A stretch of DNA of 56,363 nt from Thermoplasmata archaeon (GCA_035297125.1 DATGZQ010000023.1:1-56363); one strand, 5' to 3'; numbered from the stretch's first letter, positions 1 through 9,485 are shown. Program-made: numbers and translations. The notes: generated by a model not told the origin, from the letters alone.

Positions 1-1472
1 CACGAGTAGACCGAGTTCGTGATCAGCTCGTTCGTCTCGGGGTCGAGCCCGACGATCTCGGTGAGCGACTGGACCCGACGCGTCATCTTCGTGCCGACCT
101 TCACCTGGCGCTGAAGCAGGACGAGGTTCAGCGCGGAGACCAGGGACCGGGGCAGGGTGATCGGCGGGTTCTCCATCCGGTGGACCATCGCGCTCACGCT
201 CTCCGCGTGGAACGTCGTGTAGCAGGTCTTCCCCGTCGCCATCGCCTGGAAGACGATGAACGCCTCCGCGCCGCGGACCTCTCCGACCATCAGGTACTGG
301 GGGCGCTGCCGCAGCGCGGCCGCGAGGAGGTCGAACATGTCGATCTCGCCGGGCGCCTTCCCGCTGATGATGTTCTTCGAGCCGAACCCGGCGCGGGTCA
401 GCGACGGGACCCAGTTCTCGTGCGGGAGGTTGAGCTCGCGGGTGTCCTCGATGGAGACGATCTTCATCTGCGGCGGGATGAACAGGAGCGTCGCGTTCAG
501 GGTCGTGGTCTTCCCGCTCGCCGTGCCGCCGCAGACCATCATCGACTGTCCGGTCTCGATGGCCAGCCAGAGGTAGGCCATCATCTCCGAGCTCATCGTC
601 TTGAACTTGAGGAGGTCGACCGGCGTGAACGGGTTGTCGCGGAACCGCCGGATCGTGAACGAGCTGCCCCGCTTCGTCACGTACATCCCCAGGGTCGCCT
701 GAAGCCGGGACCCGTCGGGCACGGTGGCGTCCAGGATCGGGCTCGCGACGGAGATGTGCTTCCCCGAGCGCTGGGCGAGCCACGTGACGTAGTCGTCGAG
801 CTCCTTGTGGGACGTGAACTTGAGGTTCGACCGGATCGACCCGTACTTCCGGTGATAGATGTACAGCGGGATCCCGACCCCGTCGCAGGAGATGTCCTCG
901 ACCTCGGGGTCGGTCATGGGGGCGTCGACGATCCCGTAGCCGATGAAGTCCCGCGAGAGGTAGTAGACGAACCGGCCCTTCGAGGTCGGGCCCGGCGACA
1001 GCTGCCACTCTTTGAGCAGGTCGTCGATCATCCGCCGGAGCTCGTCCTTCCGCTCCTCCGGCTCGCGGCTGGCGAGCGGCTGGAACCCCGCGACCAGCGC
1101 GGTCCGCAGGCGTCCGATGAGCGCCTTCTCGAGGGGCGTGAGCGGCGGCTCGATCACCTCGTAGAGGTGCTCGTTCCGCTGGGTGTGGAGCGTGATGCGC
1201 ACGTAGGAGAACCCCGGCATGATCGGAGCGAGGTCGAGCTCCTTGAGCGCGGGGTCGCTGAGCGGCGGGATGGGCGTGACGTCGACGGCGGCGCCCTGGC
1301 CGGAGACGCCCAGCCGGGAGAGCTTCACCGGGCGGGGCTCGACCGACCCCTTGCGCATCGACGCGCCCAGCCGGAGCCACGGGGAGAACGAGGTGCGTCC
1401 CCGTCCCCTGCGGCGGTTCGTCTTGCCGTCCTCGGTCGCGTCGGTCTGGTAGTCGCTCGCCTCGCCCGCCAT
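1..1472 (-). CDS. Type II/IV secretion ATPase (VirB11/FlaI/PilB-like), paralog 2; 3' end runs off the window
   Basis: Absent from the ORF track because it is partial. My translation from ATG 1472 is MAGEASDYQTD...NEHLYEVIEPPLT. It has Walker A GGTASGKTTT (~499-530), IEDTRE, LRQRPQYLMVGEVRG and HAES, and a GGAGAGG SD-like motif upstream. Confidence 0.93.
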   Translation of the reverse strand, partial: MAGEASDYQTDATEDGKTNRRRGRGRTSFSPWLRLGASMRKGSVEPRPVKLSRLGVSGQGAAVDVTPIPPLSDPALKELDLAPIMPGFSYVRITLHTQRNEHLYEVIEPPLTPLEKALIGRLRTALVAGFQPLASREPEERKDELRRMIDDLLKEWQLSPGPTSKGRFVYYLSRDFIGYGIVDAPMTDPEVEDISCDGVGIPLYIYHRKYGSIRSNLKFTSHKELDDYVTWLAQRSGKHISVASPILDATVPDGSRLQATLGMYVTKRGSSFTIRRFRDNPFTPVDLLKFKTMSSEMMAYLWLAIETGQSMMVCGGTASGKTTTLNATLLFIPPQMKIVSIEDTRELNLPHENWVPSLTRAGFGSKNIISGKAPGEIDMFDLLAAALRQRPQYLMVGEVRGAEAFIVFQAMATGKTCYTTFHAESVSAMVHRMENPPITLPRSLVSALNLVLLQRQVKVGTKMTRRVQSLTEIVGLDPETNELITNSVYS

Positions 1473-1483
1473 CGTTCCTCTCC

Positions 1484-2467
1484 CTACCCGCTCGCCGGAA
1501 GGGCCAGGATGGGGACGACGTACCGCATGATGAGCCACCCCATCGTGAGCATGATGGTCGCGTGCTGGAGGCCCTCGGCGATTCGCCCGTTGTAGAGGAC
1601 GCCGGCCATGATCCCGTCCCCGACCGCGTGGACGATCACGGCGACCATGAACGCAAGGAAGAGGATGGGGATGAACGTGAACTGGAGCGACACCCCGCCC
1701 GCCCCCGAGAGCGACGAGGCGGCGATCCCCTCACCGGCCTTGATCATCTGCGGCAGGAACACCGCCGCCATGATGTAGATCGTGACGAGGAAGACAAAGA
1801 ACGAGATGTAGATGACCGTCACGTAGGTGAGCATCGAGATCCGGCGGGAGGCATCCCCGAGCTGCGCCTCCCGGGTGTCGCGCGCCACCATCGTCAGTAC
1901 GTCCGCGACGTTCCCACCGGCCTCGTTCGCGCGGGTGACGATGGAGACGACCCGCTGGACCAGTGGGGTCGGAACGCGTTCCTCGAACAGCTGCAGGGCG
2001 GTCGCCACGGGGACCCCCCACTCGAGCTGGCTGGCCATTTTCTTGATCTCGTCCGTGAGCAGCCCATACCGGCCCGCGCTGGCCACGATGATCGCGTCCG
2101 GCAGGGTCATGCCGAACCGGCCCGCTTCCGCCACGTCCCGGAGAAAATCGGGAAGGCGCTCCTCGATCTTCGAGATCCGCCGCAGCTTCTGGGTCATCGT
2201 GAAGCCGTACGGGGCCATCACGCACAGCAGCCCGATCACGAAGAAGTCAATCGCCGGGTTCGCCCCCGTCGGCTCGCCCGGGCGGATGATGATCGTCAGC
2301 TTGCCGATGTAGTTCAGGAGGCCGATCACCCAGAACGCCATCCCGGCGACCGAGCCGAGGATCAGGAGCAGCGTCTCGCGGGACAGCGCGGCGACCGGCG
2401 TCTTCGTGTCGGACTCGTGGAGGGTACTGACCGAGCGGGACGAGGCGTTCGCATTCGCGGTTGCCAT
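1484..2467 (-). CDS. Type IV pilus membrane platform protein (TadC/GspF/FlaJ-like)
   Basis: IEERLPDFLRDVAEAGRFGMTL and YGLLTDEIKKMASQLEWG give the GspF-fold pattern; several TM segments; operonic with the ATPases. Confidence 0.9.
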   Translation of the reverse strand: MATANANASSRSVSTLHESDTKTPVAALSRETLLLILGSVAGMAFWVIGLLNYIGKLTIIIRPGEPTGANPAIDFFVIGLLCVMAPYGFTMTQKLRRISKIEERLPDFLRDVAEAGRFGMTLPDAIIVASAGRYGLLTDEIKKMASQLEWGVPVATALQLFEERVPTPLVQRVVSIVTRANEAGGNVADVLTMVARDTREAQLGDASRRISMLTYVTVIYISFFVFLVTIYIMAAVFLPQMIKAGEGIAASSLSGAGGVSLQFTFIPILFLAFMVAVIVHAVGDGIMAGVLYNGRIAEGLQHATIMLTMGWLIMRYVVPILALPASG

Positions 2468-2468
2468 C

Positions 2469-3443
2469 CTAGTTCATCTCCTGAGCCAGCGAGTACATGA
2501 AGAAAATGAAGCCGAACTGAGACACCGGGATCATCCCGAGCACGATCCCCCACAGGACGTCCAGCATGAACGCCCCGCCCCCGCCGATGATGGCGAAGAT
2601 GGCGATGATGATCACGAGGAACAGCGGGAACGCGACCACGACCGTGACGAACGTCTCGGCCAGGAGCCCCATCGTTTCGACCCGCTCCTGCATCGCGAGT
2701 TTGTGCTCGCGCTCGTACTGCTCGGCCTTGAGCAGGAAGTAGGGCTTCAGCTGGCCCCCGCTCGTAGCGGTGGTCACGACGCCCTGCAGGAAGTCCTGGA
2801 ACTTCTTCGACGGGGTCCGCAGCGCACCCAGCCGGAGCGCGGTCAGGATATCGACGCCCAGGAGCTCCGTGTCGCGCGTGATCCACGCCGCTTCCTCCGC
2901 CACCTCGCCGTAGATCTTCTGGCGGCCCAGTTCCTTGAAGATCTGGTCGACGTTGACGTCCGCCGAGCTCATCGCGGAGACGAAGCTCATCGCCGAGCCG
3001 ATCTTCCGGTCGATCTTGCGGCCGCGGTCCTTCGCCTTCGAACTGGGCGCTCCCTGCAGCAGGAAGAACGTGCCTACGCAACCCATCAGCGGGAGCATGA
3101 TCATCGCGATGATCCCGAGGAAAGTGACCCCGTGGAGGATGAACAGGAGGCCGACCACGACCCCGGCGACCGTGGCCGCGATCCCTGCGACCAGGGTCGT
3201 CGCGTATACCGTGGCCAGGTACTCGTCCGCGCGGACCCGCATGTGGGCCTTGAGGAGGTTCTCCTCGAGCACCGGGTCGATCGGCTTCGCCTTCACGCGG
3301 GCGCCGAACGTCCGCCAGGCCCAGCGCTGGAAGCCGGAGAGGGTCGAGGGGGTAGGTTGCCCGCCCCGCTTGACTCGGACCGTCCGCGACGGCGCCTCAG
3401 GCCCTCCCGAGGGCAGGGCCCTGACGGTCGGGGTCGCGGCCAT
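2469..3443 (-). CDS. Type IV pilus membrane platform protein (TadB/TadC/FlaJ-like)
   Basis: LLKAHMRVRADEYL, IYGEVAEEAAWITRDTELLG, TPSKKFQDFLQG; N- and C-terminal TM pairs; 1-nt gaps to both neighbours. Confidence 0.9.
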   Translation of the reverse strand: MAATPTVRALPSGGPEAPSRTVRVKRGGQPTPSTLSGFQRWAWRTFGARVKAKPIDPVLEENLLKAHMRVRADEYLATVYATTLVAGIAATVAGVVVGLLFILHGVTFLGIIAMIMLPLMGCVGTFFLLQGAPSSKAKDRGRKIDRKIGSAMSFVSAMSSADVNVDQIFKELGRQKIYGEVAEEAAWITRDTELLGVDILTALRLGALRTPSKKFQDFLQGVVTTATSGGQLKPYFLLKAEQYEREHKLAMQERVETMGLLAETFVTVVVAFPLFLVIIIAIFAIIGGGGAFMLDVLWGIVLGMIPVSQFGFIFFMYSLAQEMN

Positions 3444-3444
3444 G

Positions 3445-5097
3445 CTAGCCGGTCGCCGGCGGCGACGGGGTCGCCTGGATCCGGGCCATCACCTCGTTCG
3501 GGTCCTTGTAGTACTGCGCGATCGTCTGCCAGAGCTGGCGGTAGTCGTTGATCTTGTTCGTGACGAGGTAGCGGATCACCTGCGTCCTCCGCTGGAACTC
3601 CGCGTCCATCTCGTCCGGACTGTAGTTCTTGAATTCCATGATCTTGTCGAAGAGGAAGGAGTGCCCTTTGAACACGAACGAATCGTTGCTCGGGTCCCAC
3701 TCGTAGACCGTGTTCGTGATCAGCTCGTTCGTCTCCGGCTCGAACCCGACGATCTCGAGGACCTGCTTCAACCGGCGGACGACCCCCTTCTCGGTGCGGG
3801 TTTGGAGCTGGATGACGACGTTGTTGAGCGCAGACAGGAGGATCCGTGGGGTGTTGATGGGGGGGTTCTCGAGCCGGTTCACCATCGATTTGACGCTGTC
3901 CGCGTGCATGGTCGAGTAGGTGGTGTGCCCCGTCGCCATCGCCTGGAACATCGTGTAGGTCTCCTTGCCGCGGACCTCTCCGACGATGATGTAGTTCGGC
4001 CGCTGCCTAAGGGCCGCCCGCACGAGGTCGAACATGTCTACCTCGCCGGCCGCCTTACCGTCGGGCCCGCGGTCGCCGGTCCCGCCCCGGGTGGCGCCGG
4101 GGATCCAGTTCTCGTGCGGCAGGTTGACCTCGCGCGTGTCCTCGATCGAGACGATCTTCGAGGTCGGGGGAATGAAGAGGGAGATGGCGTTCAGCGTGCT
4201 CGTCTTCCCGGAGGCGGGGCCCCCGCAGATGATCACCGACTCGCCCTGCTCGGCCGCGAACCAGAAGTACGCGACCATCTCCTCGCTCGCGCTTCCCATC
4301 ATCACGAGGTCGACCGGGGTGAACGGCCGTTCCTTGAACCGGCGGATGGTGAAGCTGGCACCGCGGGTCGTGATCTCCCGGGCGTACGTCGCCTGGACAC
4401 GGTGGCCCTCGGGCGTCGTGCCGTCCAGGATCGGCGAGGAGACGCTCACCGACTTCGAGCACCGCTGCCCGAGCATCACGATGAACGAGTTGAGGGCCTC
4501 TTCGTTCGCGAAGACGACGTTCGTCTTCACGGACTCGTACTTCCCGTGGAAGATGAACAGCGGGACGTCGACGCCGTCGCACGAGATGTCCTCGACCTCG
4601 AGGTCGAGGATGAGCGCGTCGACGGGGCCGTAGCCGACGAAGTCGCGGAGCAGGTAGTAGATGATCCTCTCGAGCGAGAGCGGGCTCAACGTGATCCGCC
4701 GGGACTTGAAGTAGCCCTCGGCCTCGCTGCGCAGGTACGCTCGTTTGTCGGGCGAGGAGAGGCTCACGATGTCCCCTCCGATGATCTTGGTCAGGGTCTC
4801 CTTGAGATGGGCGACCAGCTCCGTCTCGTGCTTCGATAGCTGGGGTTCGATGACCTCGTAGAGGTACTCCTTCGTCCGGTCGTTGTAGGTGACGCGCGAG
4901 TAGGAGTACGGCGGGTTCACCGGGCGCACCTGAAGCTCCTTCATGGCCGGCTCCGCGAGGGCGGGCATCGCCGTGATGAACGTGCCGGGCAGGTCCTCCG
5001 CCGTCCTCTCCGAGCCCGGCCCGCCGAGCGGGGACCCGGTCTCACCCTCGCCCGTGGGCCTCGGGATGCGGACCCTGAACGAGTTCGCGGACGCCAT
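3445..5097 (-). CDS. Type II/IV secretion ATPase (VirB11/FlaI/PilB-like), paralog 1
   Basis: EDISCDG, Walker A GGPASGKTS, SIEDTRE, LRQRPNYIIVGEVRG, TMHADS. Confidence 0.95.
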   Translation of the reverse strand: MASANSFRVRIPRPTGEGETGSPLGGPGSERTAEDLPGTFITAMPALAEPAMKELQVRPVNPPYSYSRVTYNDRTKEYLYEVIEPQLSKHETELVAHLKETLTKIIGGDIVSLSSPDKRAYLRSEAEGYFKSRRITLSPLSLERIIYYLLRDFVGYGPVDALILDLEVEDISCDGVDVPLFIFHGKYESVKTNVVFANEEALNSFIVMLGQRCSKSVSVSSPILDGTTPEGHRVQATYAREITTRGASFTIRRFKERPFTPVDLVMMGSASEEMVAYFWFAAEQGESVIICGGPASGKTSTLNAISLFIPPTSKIVSIEDTREVNLPHENWIPGATRGGTGDRGPDGKAAGEVDMFDLVRAALRQRPNYIIVGEVRGKETYTMFQAMATGHTTYSTMHADSVKSMVNRLENPPINTPRILLSALNNVVIQLQTRTEKGVVRRLKQVLEIVGFEPETNELITNTVYEWDPSNDSFVFKGHSFLFDKIMEFKNYSPDEMDAEFQRRTQVIRYLVTNKINDYRQLWQTIAQYYKDPNEVMARIQATPSPPATG

Positions 5098-5099
5098 GC

Positions 5100-6158
5100 T
5101 CAGGCGCCTCCCTGCGTGAAGCTGATCTCGACCCCGGCGTAGGCGGTGGTCGCATAGTTGATGTTCAGGAACTCAAGGCTGATGTCGTACGACGTTCCCC
5201 CCGAATCCTGACAAACGGACGTCGAGGGCGGGAACGCGACCGAGCCGGTAAGGGAGTACGCCGAGGAGACGAGCCCGCTCGTCGTGACGAGGGACTGGAG
5301 GAAGGTGTACCATCCGCAGACGTTGTGGGTCCCGACCTCGAACGTGAAGTTGAACGGAACCGGCGTTCCCGTCGTGGTGGCGAAGCGGCCCGAGGAGGAG
5401 TACGGCTGGGAGTAATCGTAGTGGGTGAAGACGTCCTTCGTACCCTGGCTAGTGTAGACCGAGGCGTTGCCGAACAGCTGCAGGTAGCTCGACTGCACGG
5501 TCGTGTTCGGCCCCACCTTGGTGACGTTGAGCGGCGGGGGAACGATCATCAGCTGGTGTCCTCCCGTCTGCGTCAGGAACACCGCGTCGTCCTCGAAGTA
5601 GTAGTTGACCGAGGGGTAGTACCGGTCCGGCAGCGTCCCCTGGAGCACGGAGACGGAACTGGTCTCGTTGAACGGATGGTTCGTGGCCGGGTGGATCGCG
5701 GTCCCGACGCCCATGAGGACGTGCTGGAAGATGCAGTTGTTAGGCTGCTCGGGCGTGCCGTTGGCAGGGAAGAAACCGGCCGGGCAGTTCGCCGGTATGA
5801 ACGTGAGCGTCGCCTGGGTCGGCTGGGAGAGGAGCGGAACCGCCTGCGAGGCCAGCGTGAACGGCGTGGCGTAGGTGGCCGGGCCCCCGAGGGAGTACTG
5901 CTCGTCGACCGCCGACTTGAGAAGGGCGAACGACGATTCGATCCCGTCGGCGAACTGCCGCTCGTTGTCGGTCATCCAGAGCGGCACGTACTGGGTTAGG
6001 AAGATGCCGAACAGCGCGAAGAAGACGAGCAGCGCGAGGAGCGTGCCCACGACCGCCACGACCCCCCGCTTGCCGCGGTCGAGCCGCCGGGCCCGGCGAT
6101 AGCGGCGGCCCGTGAGAACGATACCGGCTTCCCCCATTCGCATCGCCCGGGGCGTCAA
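5100..6158 (-). CDS. Large pilin-like protein with class III (prepilin) signal peptide
   Basis: Basic leader ...RRLDRGKRG followed by hydrophobic VVAVVGTLLALLVFFALFGIFL; Thr/Ser/Asn-rich secreted-type body; first gene of the pilus operon. Start uncertain (TTG 6158, ATG 6143 or ATG 6137). Confidence 0.75.
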   Translation of the reverse strand: MTPRAMRMGEAGIVLTGRRYRRARRLDRGKRGVVAVVGTLLALLVFFALFGIFLTQYVPLWMTDNERQFADGIESSFALLKSAVDEQYSLGGPATYATPFTLASQAVPLLSQPTQATLTFIPANCPAGFFPANGTPEQPNNCIFQHVLMGVGTAIHPATNHPFNETSSVSVLQGTLPDRYYPSVNYYFEDDAVFLTQTGGHQLMIVPPPLNVTKVGPNTTVQSSYLQLFGNASVYTSQGTKDVFTHYDYSQPYSSSGRFATTTGTPVPFNFTFEVGTHNVCGWYTFLQSLVTTSGLVSSAYSLTGSVAFPPSTSVCQDSGGTSYDISLEFLNINYATTAYAGVEISFTQGGA

Positions 6159-6281
6159 CTCCCGAGGTAACGAAAGTTAGGCCCGATTCGTCTATAAATA
6201 CATGTTCGGCCGAAAGCCATCTCTGCGCCGTCTCTCCGGCGATGAACCTAAAGTCCGCCTCGCGCTCCGGTGGCACGAACG

Positions 6282-6770
6282 ATGGCCCTCCGAGAGCTCT
6301 CCCTGACCCTCCCCAACCGCCCGGGTACTCTCGCGGGGGTCGCCCGCGCCCTCGCGAAGGAGCGGATCAACCTCGCGGCGATCACGGTCGATTCGACCTC
6401 CGGGAAGGGGAAGGTCCGCCTGATCGTGAGCGATCCAGACCGGGCGACGGCCCTGCTGGCCGCGGCCGGATACGACCCCGAGACGCGCGAGATGCTGGCC
6501 GTCCGCCTGGAGGACCGGGCCGGGAGCTTCCTCCGCGTCCTCGAGGTGCTCGCACGGGAGAAGGTCAACATCCAGAACGTGGCGATCCTCGTGGCCCGGG
6601 AGGGGAACCAGCCGCTCGTGGCCATCTCCACGAACGACCTCGCGCGGGCGAAGCGCCTTCTCCAGCGCTCCGGGTTCATGAGCCGGGCCGCGGAGGGGCT
6701 GGTCTCGAACAACGACCTTCTCGCGAGCGCCCCATCCATCCCGACGGAGTCGGTCGGCCTCCTGCTGTAG
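6282..6770 (+). CDS. Tandem ACT-domain protein (COG4747-like)
   Basis: Two ACT repeats, LPNRPGTLAGVARALAKERINL and LEDRAGSFLRVLEVLAREKVNI. Start is ATG 6282 or GTG 6270. Confidence 0.85.
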   Translation: MALRELSLTLPNRPGTLAGVARALAKERINLAAITVDSTSGKGKVRLIVSDPDRATALLAAAGYDPETREMLAVRLEDRAGSFLRVLEVLAREKVNIQNVAILVAREGNQPLVAISTNDLARAKRLLQRSGFMSRAAEGLVSNNDLLASAPSIPTESVGLLL

Positions 6771-6822
6771 CGGTGCGACCGCGCACAAACCGTATGAGCC
6801 GGGGACTCTCCCCTCCCGCCGC

Positions 6823-6894
6823 GCGGTTGTGGTCTAGCGGTTAGGACGGTAGCTTCCCAAGCTACCTACTCGGGTTCGAATCCCGACAACCGCA
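6823..6894 (+). tRNA. tRNA-Gly(CCC)
   Basis: Acceptor GCGGTTG/CAACCGC plus discriminator A; anticodon arm GTAGC-TTCCCAA-GCTAC; T-loop GGTTCGAATCC; CCA not encoded. Confidence 0.95.
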
Positions 6895-6954
6895 TCCCGG
6901 ATCGTCCCCGGCTCGCCGCCGGGGTGGCCGGTACCGGGCCACGTTTCCCTCAGG

Positions 6955-7062
6955 TCCCGGCTGCCTGACTCGAACAGGCGACCTGAGGATCTCCACGGGG
7001 GCCGCCGGTTTCACCGGCAGTCTCGCCTACAGTCCCCCGCTCTACCACTGAGCTAAGCCGGG
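6955..7062 (-). tRNA. tRNA-Tyr(GUA) with 36-nt intron at 37/38 (6991-7026)
   Basis: Acceptor CCCGGCT/AGCCGGG; removing GCGAGACTGCCGGTGAAACCGGCGGCCCCCGTGGAG restores GGGGA-CTGTAGA-TCCTC; T-loop TGTTCGAGTCA; CTTATA box 27 nt upstream. Confidence 0.92.
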
Positions 7063-7278
7063 ACGATTGCGAGGACGGGCGGACGACCTATAAGACCTCC
7101 GCGGCGCGACGCGCACCCTTCGGTACGGACCCCGCGGTGCCGCCGCCCCAACCCTCGTCCGAGGTGGCTGGCGTAATCGTGGCCCCCCGAGGATTCTCCG
7201 GGGGGGCGAGCACTCAAAGGAGGCGGCGCGCCCGTCCAATCCCTAACGGACGGGGGCGCTCCCAGACGCGGGGGTTCG

Positions 7279-7935
7279 CTACCCTGGGTCGACCGAACCC
7301 TCCGGTTTATCGAGGGCGGCACGGAGTCTCCGCGCGACGGCCTCCGCGGATCCGGTCGCGTCGATCGGATGGAGGAGACCCCGGCTACGGTAGTACTCGA
7401 GCAGCGGCGCGGTCTGCTCCGCATACACCTTCAGGCGGGTCGTAACCGCCTCGAGGCGATCGTCGGGCCGTTGGACGAGCGACTCTCCATCTCGGTCGCA
7501 GACCCCCACGTTCCGGGGCGGGTGACTCCTGACGTTGTAGACGGTGGCGCAGCGGGGACAGACCCGGCGATCCACGAGGCGGTCCACCAGCACTCGGGAG
7601 GGTACCTCGAAGGAGATGACCCGGTCGAGGGGAGTGATGGCGGCGAGGGCCTCGGCCTGCGGGAGGTTCCGGGGGAACCCGTCCAGGATGAACCCCGCCC
7701 GGGCATCGGGCAGGGAGATACGTTCGTGGAGGATCTTGAGGACGAGGGCGTCCGGAACGAGGCGTCCGGCCCGCATGTGTCCGTCCGCCTCCCGGCCTAG
7801 GGGCGTGTCGGCGGCCACGGCCGACCGGAGCAAATCCCCGGTCGAAACGTGGACGATCCCGAGTTGCCGGGAGAGGGTTGAGGCCTGGGTCCCCTTGCCC
7901 GCTCCCGGCGGTCCCAGGAAGACGACTCGGTACAC
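7279..7935 (-). CDS. adk: Adenylate kinase (bacterial-type, Zn-LID)
   Basis: LGPPGAGKGTQA, HVSTGDLLR, LDGFPRN, LID CPRC...CDRD, QRPDD. Confidence 0.95.
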   Translation of the reverse strand: MYRVVFLGPPGAGKGTQASTLSRQLGIVHVSTGDLLRSAVAADTPLGREADGHMRAGRLVPDALVLKILHERISLPDARAGFILDGFPRNLPQAEALAAITPLDRVISFEVPSRVLVDRLVDRRVCPRCATVYNVRSHPPRNVGVCDRDGESLVQRPDDRLEAVTTRLKVYAEQTAPLLEYYRSRGLLHPIDATGSAEAVARRLRAALDKPEGSVDPG

Positions 7936-7974
7936 GGTACCGGGACCGGAGTGCGTGTAATAGCCGTTCCCGGG

Positions 7975-8685
7975 CTAGTGCTCAATCCGGCTTCCGTCGA
8001 ACGGCCTTCCGAGGATCGCGGCCTCGAGGTTGGGTAGGTCGCGTCCGGCGACGACGTAGAGCGGGATCTCGGCGCGAGCGAGCGCGTCCGCACCCAGCCG
8101 GTCGAAAAGGAACATCTGGCCGGCCTCGCCCGTCGTGGCCGAGGCGACCATCCGCCGGAATTCGGTCCAGGTGAGCCGGTCGATGCGACGGGCGCTCCGG
8201 TTGGTCTTCGGGTCGGAATCGTAGACGCCCTTCACGTTCGTGGCGTTCACCAAGCAGGCGGCGCGGAGGCGCACGGCCACGAGCGCGGCGACCCCGTCGG
8301 TAGTGTGTCCCGGCTCGGTTCCGCCGAGCACGACCGGCGACGCATGACGCGCGGCATCCACGGCCTCGCGTACCGAGGCCGGAGGGTTGGAGGGGGTCGG
8401 TGGTCCGATGCGTCCGGCGAGCAGCCGGGCATGGAGCCGCGTCACGTCGATCCCAAGCTCGTCCAGCTCGAACTCGGTCAGTCCGAGCGAGCGGCCGAGG
8501 CGGATATAGTCCCGGGCCGTTCGGCCCCCACCAGTGGTCACGACTAGGGAGACCGACCGCCCGAGCCTACCCAGCATCTCCGCGAGCGCCTCGAGGTAGT
8601 CGGAGTCCCCGTCCCCCGTCAGGAGCACGGAGCCCCCGATCGACACGACAACGGGTCGACGGGACGTCGGAGGTGGAGTAGCCAT
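7975..8685 (-). CDS. pyrH: Uridylate kinase (archaeal type)
   Basis: VVSIGGSVL, TTGGGRTARDYI, GGTEPGHTTDGVAA, TNVKGVYDSDPK. Confidence 0.93.
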   Translation of the reverse strand: MATPPPTSRRPVVVSIGGSVLLTGDGDSDYLEALAEMLGRLGRSVSLVVTTGGGRTARDYIRLGRSLGLTEFELDELGIDVTRLHARLLAGRIGPPTPSNPPASVREAVDAARHASPVVLGGTEPGHTTDGVAALVAVRLRAACLVNATNVKGVYDSDPKTNRSARRIDRLTWTEFRRMVASATTGEAGQMFLFDRLGADALARAEIPLYVVAGRDLPNLEAAILGRPFDGSRIEH

Positions 8686-8774
8686 CGCCTCGGCCCCCGG
8701 GAGAGACCGCTCGACTTAGGCGTTCCGGTCGCGGCGAAGGGCCGGCCTCTTTAGGTCAGGCGCTTCCCCGGTGC

Positions 8775-9485
8775 GTGGGAGACGAGCTCGAGGTCGCCAA
8801 AGCGGCGGCGGCCCGGTCCGCGGCCGATAGGTTCGTCCGGCCCGGGCTCCTCCTTGCGCTGGGCACCGGCTCGACCGCGGCTCTCGCGGTTCGGGCCATC
8901 CATGAGCAGTACCCTGAGGAGGCGTTCGATTGCGTGGCGAGCTCCCGCGCCACCGAAGAGCTCGCTCGGTCGCTCGGGTTCAAGGTCCGTCCCCTGACGG
9001 CCGACGACCGGTTTGACGTCATGCTGGACGGAGCCGACGAGGTCGCCCCCAGCCTCGACCTTACGAAGGGCGGCGGCGGGGCCCTCTTCCGGGAGAAGTT
9101 CCTGGCCCGCCTCTCGGTCCAGCTGGTGATCCTCGTCGATCCTTCGAAGATCGTCACGGCGCTGGGCCAAAGGGCGGCGATCCCAGTTGAGACGGTGCCG
9201 TTCGCCGTACCGGTGCTGTCTCGACAGCTGGAGGACGACGGGTTCGACGTGCGCCTGCGGGCCGGTCCGGACGGCCACCCGTTCGTCACCGACAACGGGA
9301 ATCAGATCATCGACCTCCGCCCTCCCTCACCCGTGGACGATCCGGGGCGTCTCGACGACGAGCTCCGCGAACGACCCGGCGTCGTCGAGACCGGTCTCTT
9401 CGTGGGGCTGGCGGACCGCGTCCTGGTGGGGCACCCCGATGGACACGTGCGCGAGATGCTCGCCCCCGCCAAGCGGACCGAGTGA
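8775..9485 (+). CDS. rpiA: Ribose-5-phosphate isomerase A
   Basis: LGTGST, DGADEV, KGGGGALFREK, VTDNGN, PGVVETGLF. Confidence 0.96.
   Translation: MGDELEVAKAAAARSAADRFVRPGLLLALGTGSTAALAVRAIHEQYPEEAFDCVASSRATEELARSLGFKVRPLTADDRFDVMLDGADEVAPSLDLTKGGGGALFREKFLARLSVQLVILVDPSKIVTALGQRAAIPVETVPFAVPVLSRQLEDDGFDVRLRAGPDGHPFVTDNGNQIIDLRPPSPVDDPGRLDDELRERPGVVETGLFVGLADRVLVGHPDGHVREMLAPAKRTE

Noticed and set aside
1-4450. Near-identical DNA at 1-700 and about 3700-4450 (for example a shared TTCGTGATCAGCTCGTTCGTCTC)
   Set aside because: Explained by paralogy of the two pilus ATPases plus strong codon bias; not a mobile repeat.
6948-6988. 9-bp inverted repeat between the tRNA-Tyr trailer and its variable/anticodon region
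   Set aside because: Short, GC-rich and likely chance; the native tRNA fold would outcompete it.
6823-7062. tRNA genes as integration (att) sites (also 25128-25201)
   Set aside because: No duplicated tRNA 3' ends and no integrase found; the flanks are core genes.
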